A stretch of DNA of 64,000 nt. Origin: Octopus vulgaris. Its lineage: Eukaryota. Of this stretch, positions 40,374-54,114 are shown in pieces; position 1 is the stretch's first letter; each line of letters begins with the position of its first letter. The notes under the pieces were generated by a model. It ran no database searches, was not told the DNA's origin, and saw nothing but the letters and a program-made list of their open reading frames with translations. Both the position numbers and the translations under genes were made by a program. Location: the NCBI GenBank assembly GCA_951406725.2, contig OX597821.1, positions 56,978,001-57,042,000 on the forward strand, in the 5' to 3' direction.

Positions 40374-41605
40374 TTGGGTTGGCAACTAAGTTCCCGCCGT
40401 TTTTTAACATTTAAATTTTTAAAAGGTTTAATAAAAAATAACAACTAATTAATCAATAATGCATTCACCCTTGTTGTTTACAACTTCTTCCCAACGTTCA
40501 GCAAGATATTCAATACCTCGTTGGTAGAAATCACCCGATTTCGACTCCAAAAATTGATCCAACCAAGCTCTCAATTCTGCATCAGTACCGAACGAAACTC
40601 CGCGCAGAGCATTTGAAAGAGATCGAAAGAGGTGGAAATATGTTGGTGCCAAATCAGGAGAGTACGGCGGGTGTGGCAGCACTTCCCAGTCATACGTTTG
40701 AATGGCTTCCTTGGTCATATTGGCGTCGTCGTGCAGCAAAAGAACTCCATGCTGCCGATTAAGTCTTTTCTCTTAAATAGCCGTGTTGAGTCGTTCCAAC
40801 TGTTGAACATAAAGTTCCGCGTTGACCGTTTGGTTCCGTTCAAGCAATTCGTAATGGATAATCCCTTCCCAGTCCTATCATACGCACAACATCGTTTTAC
40901 GCAAATGAAGATCTTGTTTCACGCGCGGTGTCGCTTGTTTACGCTTCCTTACGCTGCTTCATATTGATGTACAGGCACCATTTTTGTCGCCAGTAACGAT
41001 TCGGTAACGAAATCGTTACTTGTGTCCTTGAGGTGAGCTTAACGAGCAAGAAACCAGCGGAGATTGTGGTTCGTCGATCTTTGTTGTTGTTACTTGAAGC
41101 ATGCGGAACTCATGCTCCATATTTCTGAACCTTTCCCATCGAGTGACGATGCTTCTCTATAGCAGTGTGGGAGCATTCCATTTTCTCTGCCAAGAATTTT
41201 CGTGCAAAAGTTGATTTAATCGCTCTTCATCGAACTCAACTGGACGGTCAAAACGAGGTGCATCACTGAGGTCAAAATTTCCATTGTTGAACTTGGCATA
41301 CCAATCACGAGCGGTTCTTTCAGCTATGGCACCCTCTCCATACACAGCACAAATATCGAGAGCAGCTTTTGCGGCCTTAGAACCTTGATTAAAAAGAAAA
41401 AAAAAGGAGGTGTCGAAAATGCACGTTTTTCTTAACTTGACATTCCATTTTAATGATCTGAAAATAAACAAAAATTAACTAAAATTAAGTAGAAAAAAAA
41501 ATAGATTCCAAAATTATTAAAATATAGAATTCTCGAAAAAAATAGATTCTAAAATTTAAAAACGCAATAAATTCCAAAATTTAAAAAAATCAGTTGCCAA
41601 CCCAA
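40374..41605 (-). mobile_element. Near full-length decayed mariner transposon (about 1.23 kb)
   Basis: TA-ttgggttggcaact...agttgccaacccaa-TA termini; GEGAIAERTARDWYAKF, VPH, HDDA, PHPPYSPDLAPTYFHLF (third catalytic D to Y); frameshifted. Confidence 0.92.
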
Positions 41606-41609
41606 TACA

Positions 41610-41744
41610 TACACGACGGGCTTCTTTCAGTTTCCATCAACCAAATCCACTCACAAGGCTTTGGTCGTGCCGAGGCTAAAGTAAAAGATACTTGCCAAGG
41701 TGCCACGCACTGGGACTGAACCCGAAACCATGTGATTGTGATTG

Positions 41745-41745
<1 letters not shown>
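41610..41745 (-). mobile_element. SINE family A, partial
   Basis: cgacgggcttctttcagtttcc...gggactgaacccgaaaccatgtg. Confidence 0.75.
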
Positions 41746-41786
<41 letters not shown>

Positions 41787-41858
41787 ACCGGAGTAAACAC
41801 ATAAATGTGAAACAAGGTGGAAAAAAGAGTACTCAAATACCAGTGGTAGAGTAATATG

Positions 41859-41920
41859 CTTTATTTAAAGCAGCAGAAAATTCAACAAAATCTGTTGAAT
41901 TTTCTGCTGCTTTAAATAAA

Positions 41921-41921
<1 letters not shown>
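41859..41921. repeat. Perfect 29-bp-arm hairpin at the end of a short insert between (TA)n tracts
   Basis: ctttatttaaagcagcagaaaattcaaca-aaatc-tgttgaattttctgctgctttaaataaag. Confidence 0.9.
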
Positions 41922-41980
<59 letters not shown>

Positions 41981-42243
41981 GTATATATATATATGTATAT
42001 GTAGTTTCAAAATTTTAGCAGAAACGGGAATTTCACACACAGGACAAGATGTTACTCATTCCTCATTAGTTATCGTCCATAAGGTCCTTACAATTTTGAT
42101 GGCGTCATTGGCAAGAAGCTGCTTGGAACAGCGATCGAACAGGAGACAGTGATGAAAACAAAGACAGCAAAATGCGAAAATACAAGCGAAAGAAAATGAA
42201 TATACATTACACAACAAATATACATTTTTTTAATTATTATTAC

Positions 42244-42277
<34 letters not shown>

Positions 42278-42286
42278 CATACATAC

Positions 42287-42362
<76 letters not shown>

Positions 42363-42910
42363 TGATGATAATAATAATATTAATAAGTGCGTGTAAACAC
42401 ATGAACAAAATAAAAATAAACAAAAACAAATTACACGAACGTATATAAACAGGAGATACAAATATTACAGGCATCCCTCCCACACACACACACACTAACT
42501 AAACATAGACGCACATAGAGATATACGCATGCGCAAATGAAGACACATACAATAGAAATACAAAATGGCTCACGGTTAGTAAGGAGAGACACACAAATAA
42601 GAAAGCAAAGGACCACTGATGCGGTCACAGGAGTGTGACGAAAGAACTCTGGCCGAAGTAAGATTAAGATTAATGTAAAAAATAAATAACCCTGAAGCAA
42701 AGTAACACCAAATATATAGTGCGTGTGTTTTTATTGGCTAAACTGGCAAAATGACCATTCCGAAATACAACAACAACCAATAAAGTTTTGCGGTTATAAG
42801 ATGACACGAATAACTGAGTAAGGCAAGGAAAATGTCCTAAAGGAGGGGGTAACGAAAAAAAAAGATTGTAAGAAAACAGACCGTGTTGAAAGTAGAGAAG
42901 GGAAGAACGT

Positions 42911-42978
<68 letters not shown>

Positions 42979-44076
42979 AATTATAGTTGTCTGCAATCAA
43001 TACATGCAAATCTCTCAAATTTATTTCATATCCTGAGGCTATATTTGATAATTTGTTATCCATTATAAATTGCAATGTTCATTAATTCGACATTTCCCAG
43101 ATGTCTGTATATTCATGAGTCGGAAAACTAAATTGGAAGTGCATTTTACTATGACATCTGCAAATTCTTATGGCAGCGTTCTTTATTTTCTTCCTCTCTC
43201 TTCTTCCTTAACTTAAACCCTTTCTCTCTCCCATCTATCAAACACTGACTATTTGTCTTGACTTTACTACGCAGATAGCTCCTGTGAATACATACATTAT
43301 CTCTTAATATGCTTCTTCTCCGGTCATCTTTAGTTTCTTTTTTACTCTCCTTATAGATTGGCCGAACTAATAACGCCTGACTCATTTTCTCTACTTCACC
43401 GTTATACTTATCGTCTCATCCTTCTCGTATCATCCCCTCTCACCCTCTTATCTATATAAACACATATGTTATCCACGTATCTAGTTTTAGGTCTTTAATA
43501 AATCTGTCTCTATGTTCACTTCTCTAAATCTGACTCGCCTCTTCCGAAGAAGCGATAGGATGCCACCTAAACAGAAAAGATCGATGCGGGCAACATTAAG
43601 AGAACTGCGCCTATTACGCAATCATTCTTGAAACAGATGTAAAGATAGATCTGCACTAATATGAATGTGAGTCTGTGTGCGCACATAGTTTGTGTTACGA
43701 ACACACACATATTCTTTTATTCATTTAGTCCATCCTGGAGAACCGCCTTTAGTCGAGCAAATCGACCCCAGGACTTATTCTTTGTAAGCCTAGTACTTAT
43801 TCTATCGGTATCTTTTGCCGAACGGCTAGGTTACGGGGATGTAAACACGCCACGATCGGTGGTCAAGCGATGTTGTATGTATGCATGCATCTCATGTGTG
43901 CGTGCGGGCGCGTGTGTGGATACTATGGGCGAGGATTTAAGAGGCTGCTCTGTCAACTGTAGCACAATCCCGCATCCTCTTTTACTGCAGTTTGTGACCA
44001 GTGTCCGATCCAGAGCAGGAGTTTGAGATATTTTTCAAAGTCATGGTTTCCAGTCACACGACATAAGATTAACGTC

Positions 44077-44137
44077 TGTGTTTGTGAAGTTCAGAGATCG
44101 GGTATATATATATATACCCGATCTCTGAACTTCACAA

Positions 44138-44142
<5 letters not shown>
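44077..44142. repeat. Perfect 66-bp palindrome centred on (TA)7
   Basis: tgtgtttgtgaagttcagagatcggg-(ta)7-cccgatctctgaacttcacaaacaca. Confidence 0.93.
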
Positions 44143-44183
<41 letters not shown>

Positions 44184-44188
<5 letters not shown>

Positions 44189-44566
44189 TAAATAAATGGC
44201 ACAACGAAGTACTGATATTTACTGGAAAATAGCGAACGTAATAAATACGACGCTAATGTATAGCTTCACTGCGTATGTACTAGCAAAAATGCGTGTGTGC
44301 AACAAACATGAAAAAAATTGTCTTACCTCTAGGGAGAACATCTGAAAAATGAAATACCTAGAAATGGATAATGCGGAAACGGTTTCAGATTTTTCAAAAT
44401 ATGTCTGCCCACATATATTTGATTTATCCTCATCAGCCACATATACCTCGACAATATTTCAAATGTTGCCACATCTATGCCAGTACATTTATTTACTTTT
44501 ATGTATAATTTTACCCTCTCGGGCTATCCTTTACTGGAAAGCAATACTCTCGTATTGCATTACTAT

Positions 44567-44570
<4 letters not shown>
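44184..44570 (-). mobile_element. Solo pLTR/retrozyme-like unit between two (TA)n tracts
   Basis: About 390 bp of non-simple sequence bounded by (TA)n and containing an HHR. Confidence 0.7.
44371..44442 (-). ncRNA. Type I hammerhead ribozyme
   Basis: Minus strand AUGUGG-CUGAUGA-GGAU-aaa-UCAAAUAUAUGU-gggcag-ACAUAUUUUGA-aaa-AUCU-GAAACCGUUU-CCGCAU. Confidence 0.78.
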
Positions 44571-44606
<36 letters not shown>

Positions 44607-45234
44607 GCATGTATGTGTTCACGCAGCTATGAATGTATGTCAACACCATATACAGAAAGAAAGAGCGAGAGAGAGTATAAATCTTTTACAAGAAAGTATA
44701 GATTTTTGCTTTTGCTTCCTTTCACTTCCATTGTTGTAGCTTTCTAAAGCACTTTTAAGTTCATTTCACAAATATTCCTATGAACTGTACTATTTTAATA
44801 TAATTAGGCCTGACACAAGCTAAAATGCCATCGTGAAGAATTTCTTCTGTCTGTTTCAGAGACGAACGAAATCACTGCCAAAATAATTTCTTGAAACACT
44901 GCTTGAGTCATCCCTAACGCAATCAAGAACGTTCACGTACATAAGCGCCACCTTTTGTCTAACAGCAAAAGCTCGCTAACTTTCACGCTTAAATACGTGT
45001 TTAAGAAGTTTCTGCCACATTTTCATATTCTACTCACTACATACAATATATTTTATGTCTGAAATTAATACTTGACTTACTTCTCGGTACTTTACAAGCA
45101 CACTTTGCAGAAGCTTTTAAACCATGCAACCACAATTGAAAACGCTTATGATAAGAGATGTTTTGTTTCACAAAATAAACACTCTTACATCGATTTTTAT
45201 TTTACAATCACTCTGACAGTGGTCCCAACAATCA

Positions 45235-45992
45235 CACCAACTCCTCTCCTGCAACTCAACTTGATTTCGAGCGGGGTCGTCTGCTGCCGGAGAAGACCGA
45301 CCAAGTAAAGGACCTGGGTATCTTGGTGGATTCTTCCTTTTCGCCTTCGGCCCAATGTGTCCATGCTGCCAACAAAGCACGCGGAATTCTGTTTTTGATT
45401 CGACGGTCATTCGGAATGATCACAGCAGCCATATTCCTACCGCTCTATGTCACGCTGGTGAGACCCATATTGGAGTACGGGATTCAAGCCTCTTCTCCTT
45501 ATCTCCTCAAAGACATACATCATCTCGAAAGAGTTCAGAAGCTGGCTACCCGCATGGTTCTTGGTCTCAAGCATTTGTCTTATGAAGAAGGGCTGAAGAC
45601 GCTCGACCTTTATTCTCTAGAAAAACGACGACGCCGTGGTGATCTCATTCTCGCTCACAACATCATAAGCGGAAAGTGTAACGTCTCGAAAGAGCTATTC
45701 TTCATTCCTACTCCAGAACGTTGGCTGTGGGGTCACTCCGAAAAGCTCTATCTACGATGATTTCATCTCAATCGAAGGAGAGGGGCTTTCTCTGTCCGGG
45801 TTGCGGATCTGTGGAATTAGCTGCCGGACGAGATAGTGAAGATGCCGACGACCGCTCGGTTCAAAGTCTCTCTTGACCAGAAATGGCCTGAACTCTTTGT
45901 ATGACCACCCTCCCTGTACATAACTCCCTGTCCCCCTACATGGCCTTGCTTTTGCTTTTTGAGCCAATAAAAATTGAATTGAATTGAATTGA
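45235..45992 (+). mobile_element. CR1-group LINE 3' end with (ATTGA)n tail
   Basis: KDLGILVD...AANKA...LYVTLVRPILEY...LERVQKLATRM...LSYEE..LYSLEKRRRRGDLI...WN.LP; aataaaa-attgaattgaattgaa tail. Confidence 0.9.
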
Positions 45993-46164
45993 ACTCTGCT
46001 CCCAGTATGACAAATATATGGTCATTCGATTCCACTCAAACACTATCACAGTTGTGATTGTTTTCCACTCAGTTTAATGTTTATCTCAACCCAACAACTA
46101 AGAAACTAACTTGTGGGGTTCCACTGACAATTTACTAATTTTTTTTTTTTTTTTTTTTTTTTTG

Positions 46165-46382
46165 GTACTTGTTTCAGTCATTTGACTGCGGCCATGCTGG
46201 AGCACCGCCTTTAGAGTGGTGAAAGAGTACAGCAGGGATCACCACCATCCCCTGCCGGAGCCTCGTGGAGCTTTTAGGTGTTTTCGCTCAATAAACACAC
46301 ACAACGCCCGGTCTGGGAATCGAAACCGCGATCCTCCGACCGCAAGTCCGCTGCCCTAACCACTGGGCCATTGCGCCTCCAC
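46165..46382 (-). mobile_element. Chimeric SINE: family C head joined to family A tail
   Basis: 46212-46382 is the reverse complement of the C head; 46165-46212 is the reverse complement of the A tail, followed by poly-A on the minus strand. Confidence 0.7.
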
Positions 46383-46747
46383 TAATCATGCCTCCACTAA
46401 TCAACAAAATTTAACGTTAAATTCTCTAGACTTAAGCATTGTATACCCAATATCTCAGAGAAACATTCAACATCAGCCATTAACTTCTCGTGGTCCTAGT
46501 CTTGCACCTTATAATGACTCACGATCTTAGGACCTTCACACAGCAATAGCAGTAGCATTTCATATATACGTAGGGGTATGAGCGTGTATGTATTACGAGT
46601 AATAGTATGTCAAATGATGTAAAAATAATAGGCACATACAATAAGTGTTCAAATCAATTTTATACGTTAGCTCCAACTCAGGAAGAAATTCCGGGTAATC
46701 GAAAAGATATATAATGACCAAGCGATCAATCATTTAAACAATGTAAT

Positions 46748-47290
46748 TCTTATTTCTTTATTGCCCACAAAGGGCGAAACATAGAGAGGACAAATAAAGG
46801 TATTAAGTCGATTACATCGACCCCAGTGCGTAGCTGGTACTTAATTTATCGACCCCGAAAGGAATTTGAACTCAGAACGTAACGGCAAACGAAATACCTA
46901 TTTCTTTACTACCCACAAGGGGATAAACACAGATGGGACAAAAAAGGACAGACAAACGGATTAAGTCGATTATATCGATCCCAGTGCGTAACTGGTACTT
47001 TATTTATCGACCCCGAAAGGAATTTGAACTCAGAACGTAACGGCAAACGAAATACCTATTTCTTTACTACCCACAAGGGGCTAAACACAGAGGGGACAAA
47101 AAAGGACAGACAAACGGATTAAGTCGATTATATCGATCCGAGTGCGTAACTGGTACTTAATTTATCGACCCCGAAAGGATGAGAGGCAAAGTCGACCTTG
47201 GCGGAATTTGAACTTAGAACGTAGCGGCAGACGAAATACCGCTAAGCATTTCGCCCGGCGTGCTAGCGTTTCTGCCAACTCGCCGCCTTT
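46748..47290 (-). mobile_element. SINE family B with about 3 tandem body units
   Basis: attaagtcgatta..atcga.cc.agtgcgta.ctggtactt occurs three times behind a single head. Confidence 0.85.
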
Positions 47291-48071
47291 AATGTAATTC
47301 TATAGGAAACAAACAGTCATTGATATCACATGTAACTAGTTAGAAAATATAAATACTATTTGAACAAAACAATTATGCTATCTAAATCATTTTTCTTTTT
47401 TGTTTTTGTTTTTTGTCTTTGGTCAGTGTTATTTCCTATTTGCTTCTATCTAGAAATCAAAGGAAGTGACTACTATTCCCTTCCAACTTTGCTTTTGTGA
47501 CCTGAACATCAATGATTTGAAACTGACCTATTTTCCATTACATTTCAGTCAAATTCAGCGTGAGTTACTGAAGCAGAAATATCGTTATAAAAAAATATCC
47601 TGCTCATTACCACAGAATTGCTTATCGGTTGATGGCCTTAACCGCTTGAGCATGTCCTATGTGTTGAGAGAGATTAAAACCGGTCGAAATCTCTACACGA
47701 TTCTAGGCTTATTCTAGAAGTGCGACTCTGCGTTATACAAATATAAATTTTAGGGTCAAGAGAACTATTATGTCTTGTCGTCTCGAAATAATATTCGGAC
47801 GAAATGATATTCGTTATGGATATTTTTAGTTTAATTTGATAAAATAACAGATATCGGAAACCACTCAACTATATTAAGAAAAAAATTCAAGTGATGTTAT
47901 AATTCTTAAAATGTTGGATTGTTATAACACCTACTTCGGTATACAGTATACTTAGTAAAACCAGTAAAGACACGACTATCTCTGACCACCTACTATGTAC
48001 TCTGGTACTTCACGTACTTCTCTTTACCTATAGTGACTAGCGGTGTACCATTGTTACTAATTCCCTAGAAG

Positions 48072-48242
48072 TGCAGGAGTGGCTGTGTGGTAAGTAGCTT
48101 GCTAACCAACCACATGGTTCCGGGTTCAGTCCCACTGCGTGGCATCTTGGGCAAGTGTCTTCTGCTATAGCCCCTGGCCGACCAATGCCTTGTGAGTGGA
48201 TTTGGTAGACGGAAACTGAAAGAAGCCTGTCGTATATATGTA

Positions 48243-48294
<52 letters not shown>

Positions 48295-48528
48295 TGTGTG
48301 TGTGTGTGTTTGTGTGTCTGTGTTTGTCCCCCTAGCATTGCTTGACAACCGATGCTGGTGTGTTTACGTCGCCGTCACTTAGCGGTTCGGCAAAAAGAGA
48401 CCGATAGAATAAGTACTGGGCTTACAAAGAATAAGTCCCGGGGTCGATTTGCTCGACTAAAGGCGGTGCTCCAGCATGGCCGCAGTCAAATGACTGAAAC
48501 AAGTAAAAGAGTAAAAGAGTAAAGAGTA
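48072..48528 (+). mobile_element. Full-length SINE family A
   Basis: tggctgtgtggtaag (A box), gggttcagtccc (B box), internal (TA)/(GT), (GAGTAAAA)n tail. Confidence 0.9.
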
Positions 48529-49280
48529 AGTGAGTTTAAAGACAAAAATATTTCGGCGAATAATAGTGATGCGTTGAAACCGTCTACTTGGTTATGATTG
48601 AGATATCTTTACAGGAAGAGGATTAAAACTTCAAAGTGGACTTATGTTCAACTGGAGAACTATGAAATAATAAACAAAATCTTAAAAAGGACACAACGAA
48701 TACATATGAAATATTAAAAAAAAAAACTTTAAAATAATGCGAAAATTGTTTCAAAATCACTCTATGACATCTCTGCAAGTTTCTAGACTAACTCAATAGC
48801 GGCAGCAGTGTGATATACAACTAACCTTGTTTATGGGCGTTACATACACACAACATACATAACACACACAACACACACAACACACACGCACACACACACA
48901 CACACACACAACGTCAAAAAGATGGTTTTCTGTCTCCTTTCAGGAATTGTTAATGCTTCATTTTCATCGCATTTCATTTTGTCTCCTTAACATATTTCAT
49001 TTTTTAATTCGAGCTTTACTTCTGTATTTTCAGTTTTTTTCTGTTTTTCCTGTGATTTGCTGCATTTCTTGCTATTGCTTTTTCGTCTTTTGTTTTTTCT
49101 TTTTGGTAATCTTTCTCTACATTTTGAAGTTCGACGCGAAGCCATTTCTCTATGACTAAGAATTTCTTCGTCCGTTTGACTTCCATTTAGCAGTTGTAGT
49201 CTTAAAAAATCGCATCTACACTTCCTAAGTTTTCCCTGTCACAACTTCACTCTCCTTTCCTATTCCCCACTCTATTTATA

Positions 49281-49695
49281 TACTCTTTTTACTCTTTTAC
49301 TCTTTTACTAGTTTCAGTCATTTGACTGCGGCCATGCTGAAGCACCGCCTTTAATCGAGCAACTCGACCCCGGGTCTTATTCTTTTGTAAGCCCAGTACT
49401 TATTCTATCGGTCTCTTTTGCCGAACCGCTAAGTAACGGGGACACACCAGCATCGGTTGTCAAGCGATGTTGGGAGGACAAACACAGACACACAAACACA
49501 CACATACATATATATATATATACATATATACGACGGACTTCTTTCAGTTTCCATCTACCAAATCCACTCACAAGGCTTTGGTCGGCCCGAGGCTATAGTA
49601 GAAGACACTTGCCCAAGGTGCCACGTAGTGGGACTGAACCCAGAACCATGTGGTCTGTAAACAAGCTACTTACCACACAGCCACTCCTACGCCTA
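49281..49695 (-). mobile_element. Full-length SINE family A, inverted relative to 48072-48528
   Basis: Reverse complement of the preceding copy. Confidence 0.9.
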
Positions 49696-49769
49696 TATGT
49701 ACACTTCCATTTTGTTTCTCTCACTGAAACGCAGCCGCTATCTTTTCCTTTATGTTCTGGTTTACTACC

Positions 49770-50260
49770 CACAAGGGGCTAAACACAGATGGACGAACAA
49801 GGACAGACAAACGGATTGAGTTGATTATATCGGCCCCAGTGCGTCATTGGTACTTATTTAATCGACCCCGAAAGGATGAAAGGCAAAGTCGACCTCGGCG
49901 GAATTTGAACTCAGAACGTAGTGGCAGAAGAAATACCTATTTCTTTACTACCCACAAGGGGCTAAACACAGAGAGGACGAACAAGGACAGACAAACGGAT
50001 TAAGTCGATTATATCGGCCCCAGTGCGTCACTGGTACTTATTTAATCGACCCCGAAAGGATGAAAGGCAAAGTCGACCTCGGCGGAATTTGAACTCAGAA
50101 CGTAGTGGCAGACGAAATACCGCTAAGCACTTCGCCCGGCATGCTAACGAGTCTGCCAGCTCGCCGCCTTGATAAATCAAGTACCAGTTCTGTATTGAGA
50201 TCGATCTAATCAGCCGGCCCCTCCCCAAAAATTTATGGGCCTTGTACCTAGAGTAGAAAC
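49770..50260 (-). mobile_element. SINE family B tandem dimer plus adjacent tail fragment
   Basis: tttactacccacaaggggctaaacacag...gaatttgaactcagaacgtagtggcaga repeated twice. Confidence 0.85.
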
Positions 50261-50729
50261 GAAAATTTTTTCCCCACATTTCGACATCATACATCCATTT
50301 TCCTCTCTTTCTCTATCTATCTATCTGTTATTATTTCTAATTTCCACTCACTATGCCTTTCTTGCTCTATCTCCACTCTATTGTACAGCTCTATTTTTCT
50401 TCTTTCAACCTCTACTCTTCTCTCACGCTCTCTTCATTTATCTCCAAATTTCATTGTCTATTTGCCTAACAACTAAGCTTGTTTCATAGATGACGCTTGT
50501 TACTTCTGTCTCTCTCCCCTCTCCCCTCTCTCTCTCTCTCTCTCTCTTCCTTCATATATATATATATATATATATACCAATTATATACGTTATTATTTTT
50601 TTTTTTGCAATTTACTTAATCATTGGTATTGTTATTTTAATTTTAATATTTCTATCATATGTAATTTTCTAGATGGTGTAATTTAATTGTTCATTTTGAA
50701 TTGATAAAAGGTGGGGTTTTTTTTTATTT

Positions 50730-50794
<65 letters not shown>

Positions 50795-50804
<10 letters not shown>

Positions 50805-51173
50805 AACGGCAGTTTGTCTGTGCGTTTTCTGTGTGTCTGTTTTCTCGTACCCTCACTCTGACCACGGCTTTCAACCGATTCTGATGAAACTTGACACACA
50901 CATAGCCCAATGTCATAATTCAAAACTAACGCAGCGAAAATTTTGAAAAGTTCCCCCAGTTCTGAAAAAAATCGATAAATTCGACATGGGGTCGAGAATC
51001 AGAAACCCAAACCACAGACCGTCTAGGGGACGCAACTCCACCTTTTTTAACTCTCAACAGAAATTTACCATCATTTTTTTTCCATCTTTTTGCTATTTTT
51101 TGGCTATAACTCTCTAAAAATGCTTTATAGTTATTTCCCTTACAAACCTGAGCAACGCCGGGCGATACTGCTA

Positions 51174-51174
<1 letters not shown>
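50795..51174 (+). mobile_element. Non-autonomous Helitron in (TA)n
   Basis: TATATATAAA start followed by gtctgt motifs; imperfect 3' hairpin cctgagcaacgccggg, then CTAG|T at 51171-51175. Confidence 0.75.
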
Positions 51175-51227
<53 letters not shown>

Positions 51228-51448
51228 CTGTGTGAAATTTGATTTAGTATTTCTAAATTGAATTTTTTTCCCTGTAAGTTTGGATTAATATTCCCTCAAA
51301 TAATTATTATATATATATATATATATATATCTTTGCGTCTACCTTCTATTCTCTCTTTCTCCATGTCTCTTTTCTCTCTGTTCCCACACTGTCGATATTC
51401 CACTTATGTAGCTAATTCATCTCTCTTTTTAAGTGTTTCTTTTATCTG

Positions 51449-51483
<35 letters not shown>

Positions 51484-51853
51484 ATACCCACTGCTTTCTC
51501 CTTCTACATTACATATCACGTTTCATTTCTTATATCCTCTCTATAGTATACAGCTACATCTTTCTTCTTTTCACGTTGTCCATCTGTTCAACTAGCGTTA
51601 TCTTCCACCTTTACTAATATATTTCTCTCTATTTTCTCTCACTGCTCATCTCGATTATTGGTTTACTGCCGCTTGTTACTGTCTTCCTCACTTCCAATTG
51701 TTTATTTACGTAGCTAATCCAACAGATTTTATAACACATTCTTTCCCTTTCACCTCTCTTAATACTTACTGCCACTGTTATCTCCATCCGCATTCCTGCA
51801 TTGAGAGAGAAAAAGAAATAACAGCCAATAGGAAAACGGTGTGGAATTTGGCG

Positions 51854-51889
<36 letters not shown>

Positions 51890-54025
51890 CATTCACCCCT
51901 GTTAGTGGGTGAATCTTAAGGTCAGCTTTTAGTTACTCGCGAGCAATTTTAAGCTTCATTACCAAATTCTCAACCGAAATGAATGCGATTTTCTTAGCAA
52001 TGATGGTCCAGTCCTAAAATACATTTTGAGATAAAATAATTGAAATTTGGTTCATTAAAAAAAAAAGTTAGGTCAAAATATGAGGTCAAAAATGGGAGAG
52101 TAAGGCAATAAATTTACTTTGAATGAAAATTTCTCCGTTATTTTATTTAAAAGAAAAGTATTGATTAATTGGCGTTTTTAAAAATGTACTCATTGAGAAG
52201 AATCTTTTGGTGAAAACCCCGTTGAAAAGTATTTGCTACGATAAAAGTTACGTAGCTTAAAGTGACAACAAAATGTTAAATAACCACCAATACTGACTTT
52301 GAATCAAAATATCTCAGCTATTGTAAAAGAAAAGTATTCAATAATTGTGAAACTTACGGTGAAAATTTCGTCAAAAAATTTTAAGGATAAAAAAATGGTG
52401 TGGCTTGAAGTGACGAAAAGGTTATCATTTTAACGAACTGAAATATTTTCATTTTAAGATATTTAGCGTTATATAAGGTTTCTGATGTTATAGGTCTCTT
52501 AATTTAATGGTACAGGGCGCTTAACCGGAGTTCGCGAGGTACAGAGCTTGATAATCTGTGGCGGCTTGCTGACCACTTTTTTTTTACCTTTTTCTAAGGA
52601 TATTTAACCGATCTAAGCTGCTTTCAAAGCTATTTCGTTTTCGAAATTTACTGCAGATAAATGATCTCTACGAAAAGGATCTTTTGGTGAAAACCGTCTT
52701 ATATAAATTTTTGTTAATTTCCATGTCAGATCATGCCTTCTCTGACAGATCAGAAGTTGTGCAATTTTTCTCAAAAAAATTTTATTGAGGATTTTTTCCT
52801 TTTTAAATTATTTACTTGCCTATCCTACCATTTAACAAGACTTTATTCATTAAAACTTATTAAAATTCCAGAAATTCTTACAACTTTGGTAATCATGATG
52901 CCTTGCTTTCGTGTGTTTAATAAAAATCTTCCTCGTAATTTTTTTGCTTTCATTTTGTGATAGACAGCTTTCATGCAGAAAATGCTAGCTCCCGAATCCT
53001 GTTTTCTGATTAGGTAAAGTTGATTAAACCCTAAACCTCAATAATACTTTTCTGCTATTTTTCTGGAACAAATAAATAACGAAATTGAATTTAATGTAGA
53101 AAATTATTTCAAAATATCTAATTTGGAAATTTTGACATAAGTTTAAAATTTCACAATACGTGACAGTATAGGGAAGACCCTACAAAAGTAGAAAAACAGA
53201 TATTTATAAGACGTCTCACACACAGACACACACACATTTACAAACGTACACACAGATAATCAAGAGTTTAAAATTGTGTATAATAAGTATATGTATGTAT
53301 GTATGTAAGTATTATGTGTGTGTGTGTGTGTGTGTGTTTCTTTGCAATGGACAGCAGAAAAGCCACCTACCCCACTCTCTCCTTAAAACTACTTATTCCG
53401 CACACCCACCTTTCTTTCCCTTCTTCGGCATTTTAAAAGTTAGTTATGTGTAAGATGCGCATGTGTGTGCATGTAGTGTGTGTGTATGTGCGTGTGTGTG
53501 TGTGTGTGTGCATCTATGTATTTATGAAAGTATGTATACAATGTCACGTGTATATCCATGAATGACAGCTGTTTCAATGTTCTCATCCCACAGCCACTCC
53601 ATATTTGTTACTTAAACAATGCTGTTCTCCTCTTCTCTGATATCAACCACATTTCCCTCAAACTAACACTCTTTGCATCCTTCTCATTTTATCAAATAAT
53701 AGCCCAACCCCTGCTAAGGAGCCCATTGTAGGTTTTTATTGAAATCTAATTAGCTTGTAATTGAACTGGATGTTAGTTTAACATGTATGCAAAGTTTTGC
53801 GAAGGTTGATTCACTGATGTAGGCATCAAGATGGTATCAGACAGATCGACAGATAAAAATTGCACTTTATGTACAAGATTTAATCCTTTAACCTGTCAGC
53901 TCCTGTCAAAGCATGCAATCTGTGCAATCCATGTCAGCATGCAGATACAGGTGCTAAGTGACGAGGATGATGATGTTCACACACTCACACACACACACTC
54001 AAGCAAATATAAATGTGTGTATGTT

Positions 54026-54057
<32 letters not shown>

Positions 54058-54114
54058 CATTTTTTTTTAATGACCGCCCTCCATACTGGCATGGGTAGGG
54101 CAGTTTGACAGGAG

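Noticed and set aside
44327-44341. Possible 15-bp minus-strand micro-exon (tttcag...gtaaga)
   Set aside because: Lies inside an HHR-bearing repeat and no partner exons were found
50881-50890. CTGATGAAAC as an HHR core
   Set aside because: Part of the common Helitron-type ccgatt..gatgaaacttg motif; no supporting stems
51900-53290. Possible Helitron/Helentron-like element
   Set aside because: Looks repeat-derived (hairpin at about 51891-51914, internal subrepeats) but termini could not be fixed
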